Source: Tricharina praecox | Lineage: Eukaryota | Assembly (NCBI RefSeq): GCF_024521635.1 | Contig: NW_026250410.1 | Span: 1,116,001-1,180,000, forward strand | Length of the DNA: 64,000 nt | Direction: 5' to 3' | Shown here: in pieces, positions 38,701-50,801 of the stretch | Position numbering within the stretch: the first letter of the stretch is position 1 | How the letters are laid out: every line of letters begins with the position of its first letter | The notes under the pieces: model-generated | What the model saw: the letters and a program-made list of their open reading frames with translations, nothing else | Told to the model about the DNA's origin: nothing | Database searches by the model: none | Position numbers and translations under genes: made by a program

Positions 38701-39881
38701 GGTGTGCGGTCGGACGTCAACTCAGAATCGAGAAACAGGTCCGAGCCAGAGCGATCCCCTGCAGGGCGTGCATTACTCGCTGACGAATTTCTCGGGTATG
38801 CAGGCCAAGCTCCCATCATTCCCGCGCTTGCGGCCGGACTCTCGATCGTGTCGTGTCCGCCGCCGCACCTGGCCAAAAAGACGGGTCTGTGGACGGCGCA
38901 CCGGAGGCGGTGGCGACCTGAACGCCACTCGACCATGCCCCCCGGGAGGGCGAAGGGGAAGGGCGAGAACGGGGGAGATATGTACGTGGAGATGTCTGAC
39001 GCTGGGAACGTCGTGGTCGACCGGCTTGCGCACGCAGGGGAAATTTCCAGGCAGTATGGAAAGGGGAAGCGAGGCTCTGACTGCTTAAATTTCCGGTACC
39101 GATGCCGTGTCTCGGCAGGGTATGCTACTGGGCGCCTATCAGTAATCTCGTGCGAGTAATTTGCATAAGAGAAGGTGAAGGAACGGAATGTCCGGCCGCC
39201 CAACACACATCCACTATACACGCGCTGTGTGTGACGGTGTTCCTGAATACCACTCCTTCGCTCTCTCTCGACCTCGATCTTCCGACCGACCGACTATCTT
39301 TAAACTACGCTTTCTTTTTCCTTCCTTTTTTCTTCTCCGCAACTTCCTTCTTTTGCTTCCCTTACATCTCCTCCCGATCGGGATGCTGTGAAGAAGGGTC
39401 CAAGGAAACAACACCGTCCATCGTCACCAGTGTTGTCGTCGTTGCACTTGTGCCAGTCACTTGCTTCGAGAACTCACCACACTCATTTGCCCAGCTGAAC
39501 ACGAGGCCCCTCCCCCGCACCCCTCCTGTCACGAGCGGGACTGTCTTTCCAGCTCGCCCGCATTCTTTGCCTGATTCGTCGACGATCCTTCGGCCTCAAG
39601 TCCGTGGTAGACCTCAGCCCTCAGCCCTCATTCACTCTCGGCGTTACAGCCCACCACTCGTCGCGAGCTTGAATTCCGCCTGTCCTTCCCAATTTAACGC
39701 TTCCTCCCCTTGGGAGATATTGAAATACCTCAGTTGATAATTATTTACTTATAACTGGCTCCGCCTCCCCTCCTCCACAACCCTCCTCTGATACCCACCA
39801 CCCATCAGTTCACTAACACAGCTTCCTCGATTCGATCGATATTTGGGTCTCTTAACTCTTCACTGCCGCGTCATATTCATC

Positions 39882-42476
39882 ATGGCGCCAAAGCATCGTT
39901 TTGGCTTTGCGGTATGGTTGTTCCATTCTTGTCCTGACGGGCTATATTTGGTGGTGGATACTGACGTTTCGGCAGACAACTCTCGCACTATCACTTTTGG
40001 CTCTCTTGCCTCTAACGTCTTGTGTCTCGATACCGCAATATGACCTCCAGCGCCGTTATCCTGTCGTCGCCATCAATTCCAGCGTCACTGCTGTCGTCGA
40101 AGATGCAGTAACGGCCGCTGCTTCCAGTTACTGGCTCGAGAACATTGCCAAGCAGGGCAGAGCTGCCTTCAACGACAACCCCTCGAGTTACAAGGTGTTC
40201 CGTAACGTCAAGGACTATGGAGCTACAGGTACTATCCACGCCAGAGCTTGACGGCGAGCATTCCACTGACATTTTACAGGTAACGGAGTGTCTGACGACA
40301 CCGCCGCTATCAATGCCGCCATCCAGGAGGGTAGCCGCTGTGGAAACGGGTGTGATTCGTCCACTGTAACCCCGGCACTGGTCTACTTCCCCGCTGGCAC
40401 GTACCGTGTCTCGGCACCGATCGTGGCCATGTACTACTCCCAGCTGGTCGGTGATCCCATCAACCGGCCCACCATCAAGGGCTTGCCTGGATTCAGCGGT
40501 ATGGCTCTGATCGATTCCGACCCGTACAACCCCGATGGCAGCAACTGGTACACCAACCAGAACAACTTCTTCCGCTCCGTCCGCAACATGATCATCGACA
40601 CCACCGACATGCCCGTGGGCGCTGGAACCGGAATGCACTGGCAGGTGGCCCAGGCCTCGAGTTTGGTCAACCTCAAGTTCGTCATGTCTCAGGCTGCCGG
40701 CAACTCGCACCAGGGTATCTTCATGGACAACGGCTCCGGCGGGTTCATGAGCGATTTGGAATTCGTGGGCGGAAAATACGGTGCTTTCTTCGGAAACCAG
40801 CAGTTTATGACTCGCAACCTGGTGTTCAAGAACTGTCAGACCGCCATCTACGTCAACTGGGACTGGCAGTGGACCTTCAAGTCGATCGATATCTCCAACT
40901 GCGGCGTCGGTATCGACTTCTCCGGTCTCGATAACAACGGGGCCCAGAACGTCGGCAGTATCATCGTCATGGATTCCAAGATCACAAACACCCCCATCGG
41001 TATCAAGACCAGCCGAACCGGTACCTCTCAGCCCACTAGTGGTGGATCGTGCGTGTTGGATAATGTCTTCCTGTCTGGTGTCACCCAGGCAGTTGCTTCT
41101 GCCAGCGGCGCCACCATTCTCGCCGGAGGAACTTTCACCATCGATCTCTGGGGGCAGGGCAGAACCTACAACACCGATGGCTCGGTCCAGACCATCCAGA
41201 ACAACATGGCTCGCTCGTTTGCTAAGCCCACTGCTCTCCTCGACGCATCCGGCAAGATCTTTGAGCGCTCCCGACCCCTGTACCAGGACGTTGCTGCCTC
41301 GAACTTCATCTCTGCCCGCTCCCAAGGCGCCAAGGGTGACGGCACTACCGACGACACAGCGGCGATTCAGAAGCTCTTCGCCACCTATGGTGGTGACCTT
41401 AGCAAGGTGATCTACTTCGATCACGGTGTCTACCTGGTTTCGGACACCATCCAGATCCCCGTCAACACTCGCATCGTCGGTGAGGTCTGGTCCGTCATCA
41501 TGGCAGCCGGCTCCGGCTTCCAGGACCGCAACAACCCCAAGGCCGTGTGGAGAGTCGGTAACCCCGGTGATAAGGGAACCGTCGAGATGCAGGAGCTGCT
41601 CTTCCAGACCCGTGGTCCCCAGCCCGGTGCTATCCTCATGCAGTGGCACTCGCGCGACCCCGATGGTCAGCAAGGAGTGAACGCCCTGTGGGATGTGCAC
41701 TTCCGTGTTGCCGGATCCCGCGGAACCCAGCTCGAGGTGGCCCAGTGCCTCAAGAACCCGACCGCCACCGTCGGCACCCCGAATGCATCGTGCGAGGTCG
41801 CCTTCATGCTGCTGCACATCGCCAAGACGGCCAGCGTCTACATCGAGAACTGCTGGGCCTGGACCAGTGACCACGCTCTCGACCGGCCCTTCGACCAGAT
41901 CACCGTTTACAACGGCCGTGGCATCCTCGCCGAGTCGGAGAACGGCCCCGTCTGGATGTATGCCGCCGCCGCCGAGCACAACACGCTGTACCAGTACCAG
42001 CTGCAGAACACGCAGAACGTGTTCATGGCAATGATCCAGTCTGAGACTCCGTACTTCCAGTCCAACCCCGGCGCGCAGGTTCCGTTCCCGACCTTGAGCG
42101 CTTGGGGCGACCCAAGCTACGCGTCGTGCACGACCGCGAGCTGCCGCAAGTCGTGGGCTCTCCGCATCCTCAACTCGCGCAAGACCCTGATCTACGGCGC
42201 TGGACTTTACAGTTTCTTTGAGAACTACTCGCAAGGTATACCCCCCGGCCAACTATCTATCACTCATACTAACTCGTTCCCCGCGTAGACTGCATCAAGA
42301 CGCGCACCTGCCAGGACTCGATCGTCGAGATCCGCAACAGCCCCGACGTGACCATCTTCAACCTCAACACGATAGCATCGAAGAGCATGGTGGATTACAA
42401 CGGGCAGAAAATCATCAATGCCGACGACAACCTCAACACCTTCTGCCAGACCGTCATGGAGATCAGCACTTCGTAG
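39882..42476 (+). CDS. GH55 exo-beta-1,3-glucanase (secreted, two beta-helix domains); exons 39882-39911, 39976-40228, 40280-42235, 42289-42476
   Basis: Motifs YKVFRNVKDYGATGNGVSDDTAAINAAI, PALVYFPAGTY, YTNQNNFFRSVRN, HWQVAQASSL, GNQQF, GAKGDGTTDDTAAIQ, ENCWAWTSDH, IQSETPYFQ. Signal peptide is formed after splicing. Confidence 0.95.
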
Positions 42477-43480
42477 AATGGGGTGGGCTGTCCTCCGTGC
42501 GGAAAGCCGAGGTGTGAGCCGTGTAGGCCGAGGAGGGTGAGGAGGTGGGGAAGGTTGAGATGGCGGAGAGGGTAGCGATGGCAGAGATGGTAGCGATGTG
42601 TGTATGATTGTGATTTGATTTTTGGTTTTGGTTTTGGTTACGGTTACGGTTGCTGCGTGCCTTTCTTTGGATATGTTTGTATGTACAAGTGGACTGTCTT
42701 GGACATGTCGGAGAGTTCTGCTCCTCTCTGTCTCTGTCTCTCTCTCACTCGTTTCTCTCGTGATATCCCCCAAAGCTTGGACGTTGCACGGATCGTCGGG
42801 ACTCGGCATCTACCTATTACGTTACATACGGTCGAATGACATGATGATGAAACATAAAAACAAAAAAAAACAAAAGATCGCCGGCACCGGCACCGGGGTA
42901 AATTGCACCGAACTATCCAGAGCACCAAGGACCTAGGGGAGACCTAGAGGAGACTACGGCTGGCGCCAGTCCTTCATTACCCCGGATTCACGGCAGCGCC
43001 GTTGCAGTGCCGTTGCAGTGCCGTTGCAGTGCTTTTGCGGGGGCGCAGTGGGGGAGGGTTCCTACACACATCATATGAGGTAGGTATGTAAGTACGGCCT
43101 GTAGGCGACGGACGTGATATCACCATACACGCCCCAGCACTCGCACTCGCTCGCAGCATGCACATTGAACCGCCTCCTGAGTCCCGGCAATATAACCCCC
43201 CCGCTACCACTATACCACCATACTAGTTAGCCCGCCCCCAGGATATGTAGGATCCCCACTTTCTCCACGCAGCGACGCACCGTGCCTTAATATCGCCAAT
43301 GCAAATACCCGCGCCCGACAAGCCATCCGGCTCCAGTTCGTAACGAGATCCTCCGGGGTCCCGAAGCCTTCCCCAGTAGTCGCGTCCCTCCCCATACATA
43401 GGTACATAGAGTACATATAAACACGTCCCTCCCGCTCCCCACAAAAATGTCCCCCAGCTTCACCAGCAGCTTCAGCAACA

Positions 43481-45683
43481 ATGCGCCTCAAGCACCTTCT
43501 ATCGCTCCTCCCGGGCGCCGCGCTGTTTTCTGCGGCCGCAGCCGCGATCGATGTTGTGCAGTCCTCGACGACGATTAAGGTCTCCAATGCGCGACTCAAT
43601 GCTACTTGGCAGAAGAATATTGGCGCCATTGTCGACTTGACGCTTGATGGGAGGGATCTCCTGGGCACGCAGAGCGGGAGTACGGGGATTGGGCCGTATT
43701 TAGGTATGTAGTTACAATCAGTGATGGGGGGTGGGGGGGGGGGGGGGGGGGGGGGGGGGGTGAATGTGGGGCGAGGCTGACTGTTGTAGACTGCTACTGC
43801 ATCCCGACGGGCTTCTACACGATCGGGACGAACACGCCTACGTGGGAAGTGGTCTCGGGCTCCGACGGTAGCGGCACGCCGTACATCGGCGTGATCCTGT
43901 CCGACACGTACAAGCCGACCAACCAGACGTTCCAGCAGTACTGGTTCCTGCGGGGCGAGGAGACTGGTTTCCACATGTTTACGCGCGTCGCGTACTACAA
44001 CACCGCCACGCCGTTCCTTAGGAATCTGCAGGAACTGAGGACGCTGTTTAGGCCGAATGCCGGGCTGGGGCTGTGGACACATCTTAGTGTCAATGATAAT
44101 CAGTGGGCACCGCTCCCGAGTCAGGAGGCCATGCAGAAGGGAGTTGTCGTCCAGGATGCCACCTGGAGTCTGAAGGCGACCCCGAACGATAAATATGTCA
44201 CCCAGTTTTCTGAGTATTTCACGAAGTATACCTTCTCGAGTGGTGAGTGGACCCCCCGTGAGTGAGTGTGTGAGATGGTGGTGGTGGTGGCTGATGCATT
44301 GGCGGCAGATTGGAGGAGTACTATCGCCCACGGAATGTTTGCCGACGGAAGCACGAGCAATGGCACCTCGTACGGCGCGTGGCTGATCATGAACAGCAAG
44401 GATACGTACTTTGGCGGGCCGTTGCATTCGGACCTGACCGTGGACGGGATCGTGTACAACTACATCGTGTCGAACCATCACGGCGAGGGTCAGGATTCCC
44501 GGCACTTGCTTCAGGGGTAGGGACTGACAGGGAGCGTGCAGGAACACCGAACATCACGCACGGGTTCGACCGCACCTTCGGCCCGCAATACTACCACTTC
44601 AACTCCGCGCCGGGCGCCTCGCTGACCGATCTCCGGCGCGACGCGGAAGCGCTCGGCACGCCGGGCTGGAACGCCGACTTCTACGCATCGATCGAGGCGC
44701 ACGTGGTGGGGTACGTGCCGAGCACGTCGCGCGGCAAATGGAGCGGCAAGATCTCTCTGCCCAAGGGCGCGACGCGGCCCATCGCCGTGCTCAGCGCCGA
44801 CGGCTACAGCTTCCAGGACAACGCGTTCGACACCAAGGCGCTGCAGTACTGGGGCGAGATCGATGCCCAGACCGGCAGAGTCTCCATCGACCGCGTCGCC
44901 GCGGGGAAGTACCGCCTCACCGTGTACGCCGACGGGATCTTTGGCGACTTTGTCAAGTCCGGCGTTGTCGTCGCCGCCGGGAAGACCACCACCACCTCCG
45001 CCACGTGGAAAGAGGAGTCCGCGGGGAAGGAGCTGTGGCGCGTCGGCACACCCGACAAGTCCTCGGGCGAGTTCCGTCACGGCGTGACCCCCTCCACACT
45101 CACGCCCCTCGCACCCCCCGAGTACCTCATCTTCTGGGGCGCCTACGACTTCCCCAGCGATTTCCCCACCGGCGTGAACTACACCGTTGGCGTCTCCGAC
45201 CCCGCGCGCGACTGGAACTACGTGCACTGGTCCGTGTTCGGACCCACACCCAACCGCGCGGAGCAGGCCTCCGTTAACACCGCGGACTGGACCGTCAACT
45301 TCGCGCTCACTCCCGCGCAGCTCGCCGGCCGCAAGACCGCCACGCTGACCATCCAGCTCGCGGCCGTCAAGGGTGCCTCAGGGAATACGGATGTGCTCTC
45401 GCCTACCGAGCCCTGGGCGAACGTGCCGCTCACCGCGTATGTCAACGGTAGAGAGGCGGGGACGATCGTTGCCCCTTGGTATAAGAGCTCCAGCTGCGCT
45501 GTGAGGAGCGCGGTCAGCTGTTATCAGGTCGCCGGGAAGGTGGAGTTCCAGGCTAGCTGGATGAAGAAGGGGTGGAATCAGCTCGTCCTCGCGCTGCCGG
45601 AGAATGCGACGGATACGGAGACCGCCGTGTTGACGGATGCGATCTATGTGCAGTATGATGCTGTTAGGTTGGAGGTGAAGTAG
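43481..45683 (+). CDS. PL4 rhamnogalacturonan lyase (secreted); exons 43481-43703, 43790-44242, 44309-44488, 44542-45683
   Basis: Signal peptide. Motifs GPYLDCYC, QQYWFLRGEETGFHMF, LQELRTLFRP, VVQDATW, YFTKYTFS, KDTYFGGPLHSDL, SNHHGEGTPNITHGFDRTFGP, WRVGTPDKSSGEF, QYDAVRLEVK. Confidence 0.93.
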
Positions 45684-45807
45684 TTAGGGGTGTGGGGCAT
45701 ATCATGTATATGGCGGGGGATTTGTGCGTCAGGTAGCATATATACTCAAGTAATTGTTAAAATTTTGCGGATTTATCATCTCCCGATTGAGTGATCGATC
45801 GAGACTT

Positions 45808-46384
45808 TTACGTGTTTACGTGTTTTGCGCCCCAACTGCTTTGGATTACCATTCTCTGTTTCATCACACAGCATTCGAGTTCGACCGGTGCGTGCTTTGG
45901 ATTCATCTCCGTGATCTTGCCGATAAGGTGGATACGGTAGGCAATAAACTCTATGTAGATAAGTGAAACGGCATGATTTTCTCCAGCCTCCGGATCGTTC
46001 AACGCTTGATACAGCATGATATCCGAATTGCGAAGTTCAGTTGCAGCTTGAAGCATACACGTCCGCCGGAGTGGAGAGTGATCTATCGGGAAAAGTCGAC
46101 CAGTGACCAAGTAAAGAAAGACCTCTCCAACCAGAATCGAAATTTTTGTTACAATATCTGTCTTGTTTATTCGTGGTAGAAGGCACAAGCCTTTACCCCT
46201 ATGTATTCCCATTATGTATCTTCTGTTCTCACGAGGCTATAGCACAGCCCTACACTTCAATAATACTAGGTACACTGTTCACCACCACATCTTGCTCTAT
46301 TATTTCAACAATTTTGGAGTTAACTCCAGTCTCCACGAGTGACCACCGATGGAACGATGAAACGGAGCAGCGGCAGACCTCGCC
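45808..46384 (-). pseudogene. C-terminal fragment of an unknown gene, interrupted by a solo LTR and truncated by a Copia LTR
   Basis: Removing 46147-46310 plus one TSD copy (169 bp) restores a continuous ~135-codon frame ...VETGVNSK|ISILVGEVFLYL...LYQALNDPEAGENHAVSLIYIEF...*. Confidence 0.4.
46147..46310. mobile_element. Solo LTR, 164 bp
   Basis: TGTT...AACA termini with a perfect 5-bp TSD ATTTT (46142-46146 and 46311-46315). Confidence 0.8.
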
Positions 46385-48045
46385 TGTCAAGAAAAGTGGT
46401 ATTTTGAAGTAGGTAGTGTAGGTACAGTGTATCAGACACGGCAGGAAAAAAGGCATATGTAGTAGAGGCCACTCACCACCTCTGTGAGAACGGATAACGA
46501 AAGTCTCTTGACATGCTATAGAGGGTGATCTCGATATCCGGAGGGTAAAGGGCTTAGGGAACAAGCACGGTGGTAATAAGAGGCGTCGAAGAGGCAAACA
46601 AACCGACAAGGAGTGTCGATTCTGGGGGGACTTCTGGAGCTTTCGACACTCTTTTGTGGTGTGGTTATCCATATTGCAATGCAATGCGTGCAAGCGTACT
46701 CATTGTCGGTTTGTTTGCCTCTTCGACGCCTCTTGTTTCCACCGTGCATGTTTTGTTCCCTTTACCCTCCGAATATAGATACCTAGGGCTTGTCCCGACC
46801 GATGTAGGTGCGAGGTGCGAGGTTCGAATCGCCGACTTTGGTTTCTGCAGCATGTTCCGCCTCGGTTTCCTTCAGCGCGGTGGTGATGTCTTCAATCGTG
46901 AAGTTTCCGGTCGGTCCGTTTCAGGATTGCGACGGTCATTTTCAGATGATCGGGAACGTTCTGGTAGAGATGTGGGCTCAGAATGTTTCTTCAAAGATGG
47001 CTTCTGGGGTGCCGATGAGCTGTCGGCGAAAGGTCTGTAGGCGCGCAATATTGTAGTTGACAATGCTTTCGTTCGACGTCGGAAGAGCGTTGTGGAAATT
47101 GGTGACTATAGCTGAGTAGACCTGCCGAGGTGTGTTGTCGCATTATCGAACATTAGCTCAGGAAGGGTCTCCCACATTTCTGCGGGGTCCGGTAGGTCGC
47201 GGTTGCGGATGTGCATTGCGATGTCGGTAGTGCACGAGAAGCATATGTAATGCCATCTTTGCTTGCGTGACTGGCGCCGGGTGCGGAAATTATCGAGCCT
47301 AACTCTCGCAGCTTGGTTGTGGGGAAGTGGAGGTTCGAGTTCGGTACGGTTGGTAATTCGAGCATCCGCCGTCATGCCGCCAAGGACAAGCATGATATCG
47401 CTCTTCCTTGTGTTGTAGTTTGACGAGCCCACAAGCTTCGCAATATTTCCGAAGCTGGAGTAGTACTTCGGGTTGTCGGTGGAGTTCGACATGGTGTTCG
47501 GTGGGAGGATTCTGGTCGCCGGTGGAACCAGTCGCCGCAGGATTCTGCTCGCCGCAGGATTCTGGTTGCGCGAGGATTTTGGCCGCCGGAACGAAGGGAT
47601 TTTTCGATGGAGTTTTTGTGAGCGCTGACCCGGGCTGATAACCTGTCAAGAAAAGTGGTATTTTGAAGTAGTGTACTCTACAGTGTATCAGACACAGCAG
47701 GAAGAAAGGCATATATATGTAGACGGAGGCACGGGGGTGCCTCGGATAGAGGCCGCTCGCCACCTCTGTGAGAACGGATAATGTCAGTGTTGCGATTCTC
47801 GACGAACTCCATTGGTTGTCACTCGTGCAGGATATGCGTGCATATTTGTCATAGGTAGTGGTGATACGCGCCGTGCGTCTCGGGAATCCTGTTTATTCTC
47901 ATACTTACTTCTTCTTCTTCCGCTTCTGTCTGGCATGTCTAGCTGGTCGTTCTCTGTGTTTTGCGAATAAGTCAAGCAACTGAATAATATCACACTCATA
48001 TTTCAACAGGAAGTCTCTCGATATAGAGAGTGATCTCGCATGACG
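46385..48045 (-). mobile_element. Degenerate, internally deleted Ty1/Copia retrotransposon (two LTR copies, PBS, decayed gag; no pol)
   Basis: Direct repeats starting TGTCAAGAAAAGTGGTATTTTGAAGTAG at 46385 and 47644. Minus-strand ...CTTGACA|GGTTATCAGCCC (47643-47632) is a Copia-type PBS. Gag-like ORF 47492-47106 (IAKLVGSSNYNT) and a frameshifted CCHC knuckle (CTHC..NMDNHTTKEC) near 46640-46695. Right boundary is approximate. Confidence 0.85.
47788..48008. mobile_element. Solo LTR (~221 bp) nested in the Copia 5' LTR
   Basis: TGTTG...CAACA termini. It interrupts sequence that is contiguous in the other LTR copy (GGATAACGAAAGTCTC). TSD is degenerate (GTCAG/GGAAG). Confidence 0.65.
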
Positions 48046-50801
48046 CGGTACACGGAAATTCGTGATGTTATGACATCACCTCCTTATGATACGGTAGAAC
48101 TGATCGATTTTCCGCGGCCTCACACAGTTGCGATGATAGCGGAAGTGGATGATAGCGCTCCATTGACGAGAGGATATCATTCTCCGAGATCGCTATCACT
48201 TATAGTAGACTATGTAGTTTTTCCGAGTGACCGCCGCCAAACCTGGCTGACTGCACATACTATATTACACTGTATGTATTCCGTGCGACCGTAACCACCG
48301 TAACAATATACCGGTGCCATCGGCCCCACAAGATGCCGGGGACGACGCCTCACCGAGTTACCGCACAACCACGATAGGTACTGTATTGTACATAGGCTGA
48401 TCGGAAGGAAAGAAACTGAACGGAACGGGAATGGAATGGAGTGGCGCCATAAGATCCCGGGGCTCGAACGGTCGAACCACGCCTCGCCGACCCGTGCACA
48501 CTGCAACAGCGATACTCCAGGTACGGCACTCTACGTGCTTTAGGTACGATAACTACCTAGGCTGATGGTATGTACAAAAAGGCTCCACAAGGCCTGCCGT
48601 CTTCACAACTCCAGAGTCCACAGATCCCATTGCCTTCCGCCATACGTATCGTACCGTACCGGTGCCGGAGAGTCGGAGACTGCACGTATCGTACGTATCG
48701 ATTGAGCGCATGCAATCTGCCCCCCCTCGATGCGGGCAGATATTGTGCGGCAGAAGGGTACGGCAACTACACGGTCGTTCTCGCCGGGGGGAAGTGGAAG
48801 GGGGCAAACCGGGACAGTGTGGACGATCAGTCCTTTATGACCGGTATTCCCCACCGGATCGGCTCTATACCAATGAAATCCACGTGGGTGATTAATACTA
48901 CGTACTAGTAATATGTATGTAGTAGAATCTCGTCTTTTTCATGTATGTACTGAGGGAGCGCGGGGGTCTCGGCGCTTCTATGTTGCGGTGAGCGGCGGTA
49001 TGGAGTTATGGTAGGCAGATCCGATGTCGTCGTCGAAAGTTGAACGTTGAAATGTTTTCTGCTGCTTTTCTGTTCGTCTTGCCTTGTCGGTCCGTCTCTT
49101 GTTCAATACCACAGATTCTTTTCTTTTCTGTTCCTATCAATTGCATCACATTCTACATTTTTCATACCCGGTCGTGGGTCTCTCAGAGGTACCTACCAGT
49201 TACATAGAGTACCTACTCTATGGCAGTTACCGGTACTCTACAGAGTGAACCTTCCCCCCGCTCCGGGCCAGAATCCCGGGAATTCCGGAGCGCGCTCGCG
49301 GACCAGTAATCAGCACATGTCACCTGCCTTCCTGTGAGTGTGCGTGCGAAATCCCGGTGAGCGGTGGCCGGTGGTGGGCGGTGGGCAGGTACGTGCGTGC
49401 ATGCATGCAGACGAGCGTGCCGACAACATGCGAGCGAGGGAGCAAGGAGGAGGGGGCGGGGGGGCGGATGGCGGGTGGTGGGTAAGCGAGCAACGAGCAA
49501 GCGACACCACATCCGACTGTTCTTACTCTATCCTCCTCCCCGCCGTGGTCAAAGCTTCCGGGTTTGTGTTCCTCGCGTTTCGCCGTTGCGGTGTGGAGCC
49601 AAGCATGATGCACGAACGGATTCCGCTGCAACGGTCTTTGGAAGTTTGGAAGTTTGGATGCGCTGGAGCCTGGAGCTCGAACATGGTCCTGGAATGGAGG
49701 TACCGTTAACGGCGGTGGAGAGGATAGTCGTTACATACGGTACGAACCGTGGTTGCGTGCGTAGCGGCGAAACTTCGGCGTAATGCATACCGACGTGCTG
49801 AAGGTCTAGGCCGGGGAGGGATGGTGGTGGGGTAACTAAGGGTAATCCGGGGTAAAAAACAGCATGTGAGTGTGTGTGTGTGATCGAGGTGTAGATACTT
49901 GGTTACTCCGTCTACCGGCGATGCAGTGTGCTCTTCATGGGTGAGTACTTTGGGTACTTGGGTATTTGGTTAACTACGGTACTCTTCTACCGTACCTAAC
50001 CCACAAACACGGTCTGCAGCAAGGGAAGCCGCGCAACAACGAACGACGAACGGCAAAAGTGGCTCACTCGTTCCATTCAGCCGGTCACCGGATGTTGGTC
50101 GCACAAAAGTCTGTCTATGGGTGTTCACGGGATTGTGTGGTGTGTCTAGAGTATGGTTGGTCCTATGATGCGACTAAATACCGGGGATAGAGGATCACGA
50201 ACCCCCGCCCCGCCCCGCAGATCCGCAGCCCCAGATATTACACGGTGCAGTCACACTTATCACTCGGCCAATTGCCGCCCATCGTTTGCATGCCGCCCTC
50301 GGCTGGGATGTACTATCCATGATTAAACAAAACAAAAAGGCTGGAATACAAGTACTACGCTCGTACATTGCCATGATCTATAGTAGTAGACATGTCGCAT
50401 GCAATTAAAGATCAAGCAAAAACAGAAGGAAGGGCGGAACTACCTGTACAGATAAAGTGGGGCACTCTACATACACACATATGCACATAGATACATCATT
50501 CCAAGTAAAAAGTGCACAAGTACACACCCATTACATACATACACTCGTACAGGCCTTTAGCCTCTATTTCGTCCGCCCCCAATCGTAGATCATCCGTGTA
50601 CCCATGGCCACCGGGGATGTCGGGCAAGCACAGTGGGGGAACCTGGTTCGACCTCAATATCGCGGTAAGATACACCGAAGCAATGGGCACGGCAAAAAAT
50701 ATGCATATATCTCTCTGATTCCCCTGGTCCCGCAGAACGCCCCCCAGGAAAGTCAATCGACAGAACGCAGATTCCACCTTCCCCCCACCATCACAGCAAA
50801 T

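Noticed and set aside
38580..39221. Overlapping 146-213 aa ORFs upstream of GH55
   Set aside because: No recognisable motifs or codon bias; expected by chance in GC-rich intergenic DNA.
40012..42252. 746-aa minus-strand ORF
   Set aside because: Antisense shadow of the codon-biased GH55 gene, with no independent motifs.
43210..44547. 445-aa minus-strand ORF with poly-Pro
   Set aside because: Antisense to the PL4 gene; the poly-Pro derives from the intronic poly-G.
46818..46835. GGTTCGAATC, resembling a tRNA T-loop/B-box
   Set aside because: It lies within the decayed Copia gag, and no cloverleaf can be formed around it.
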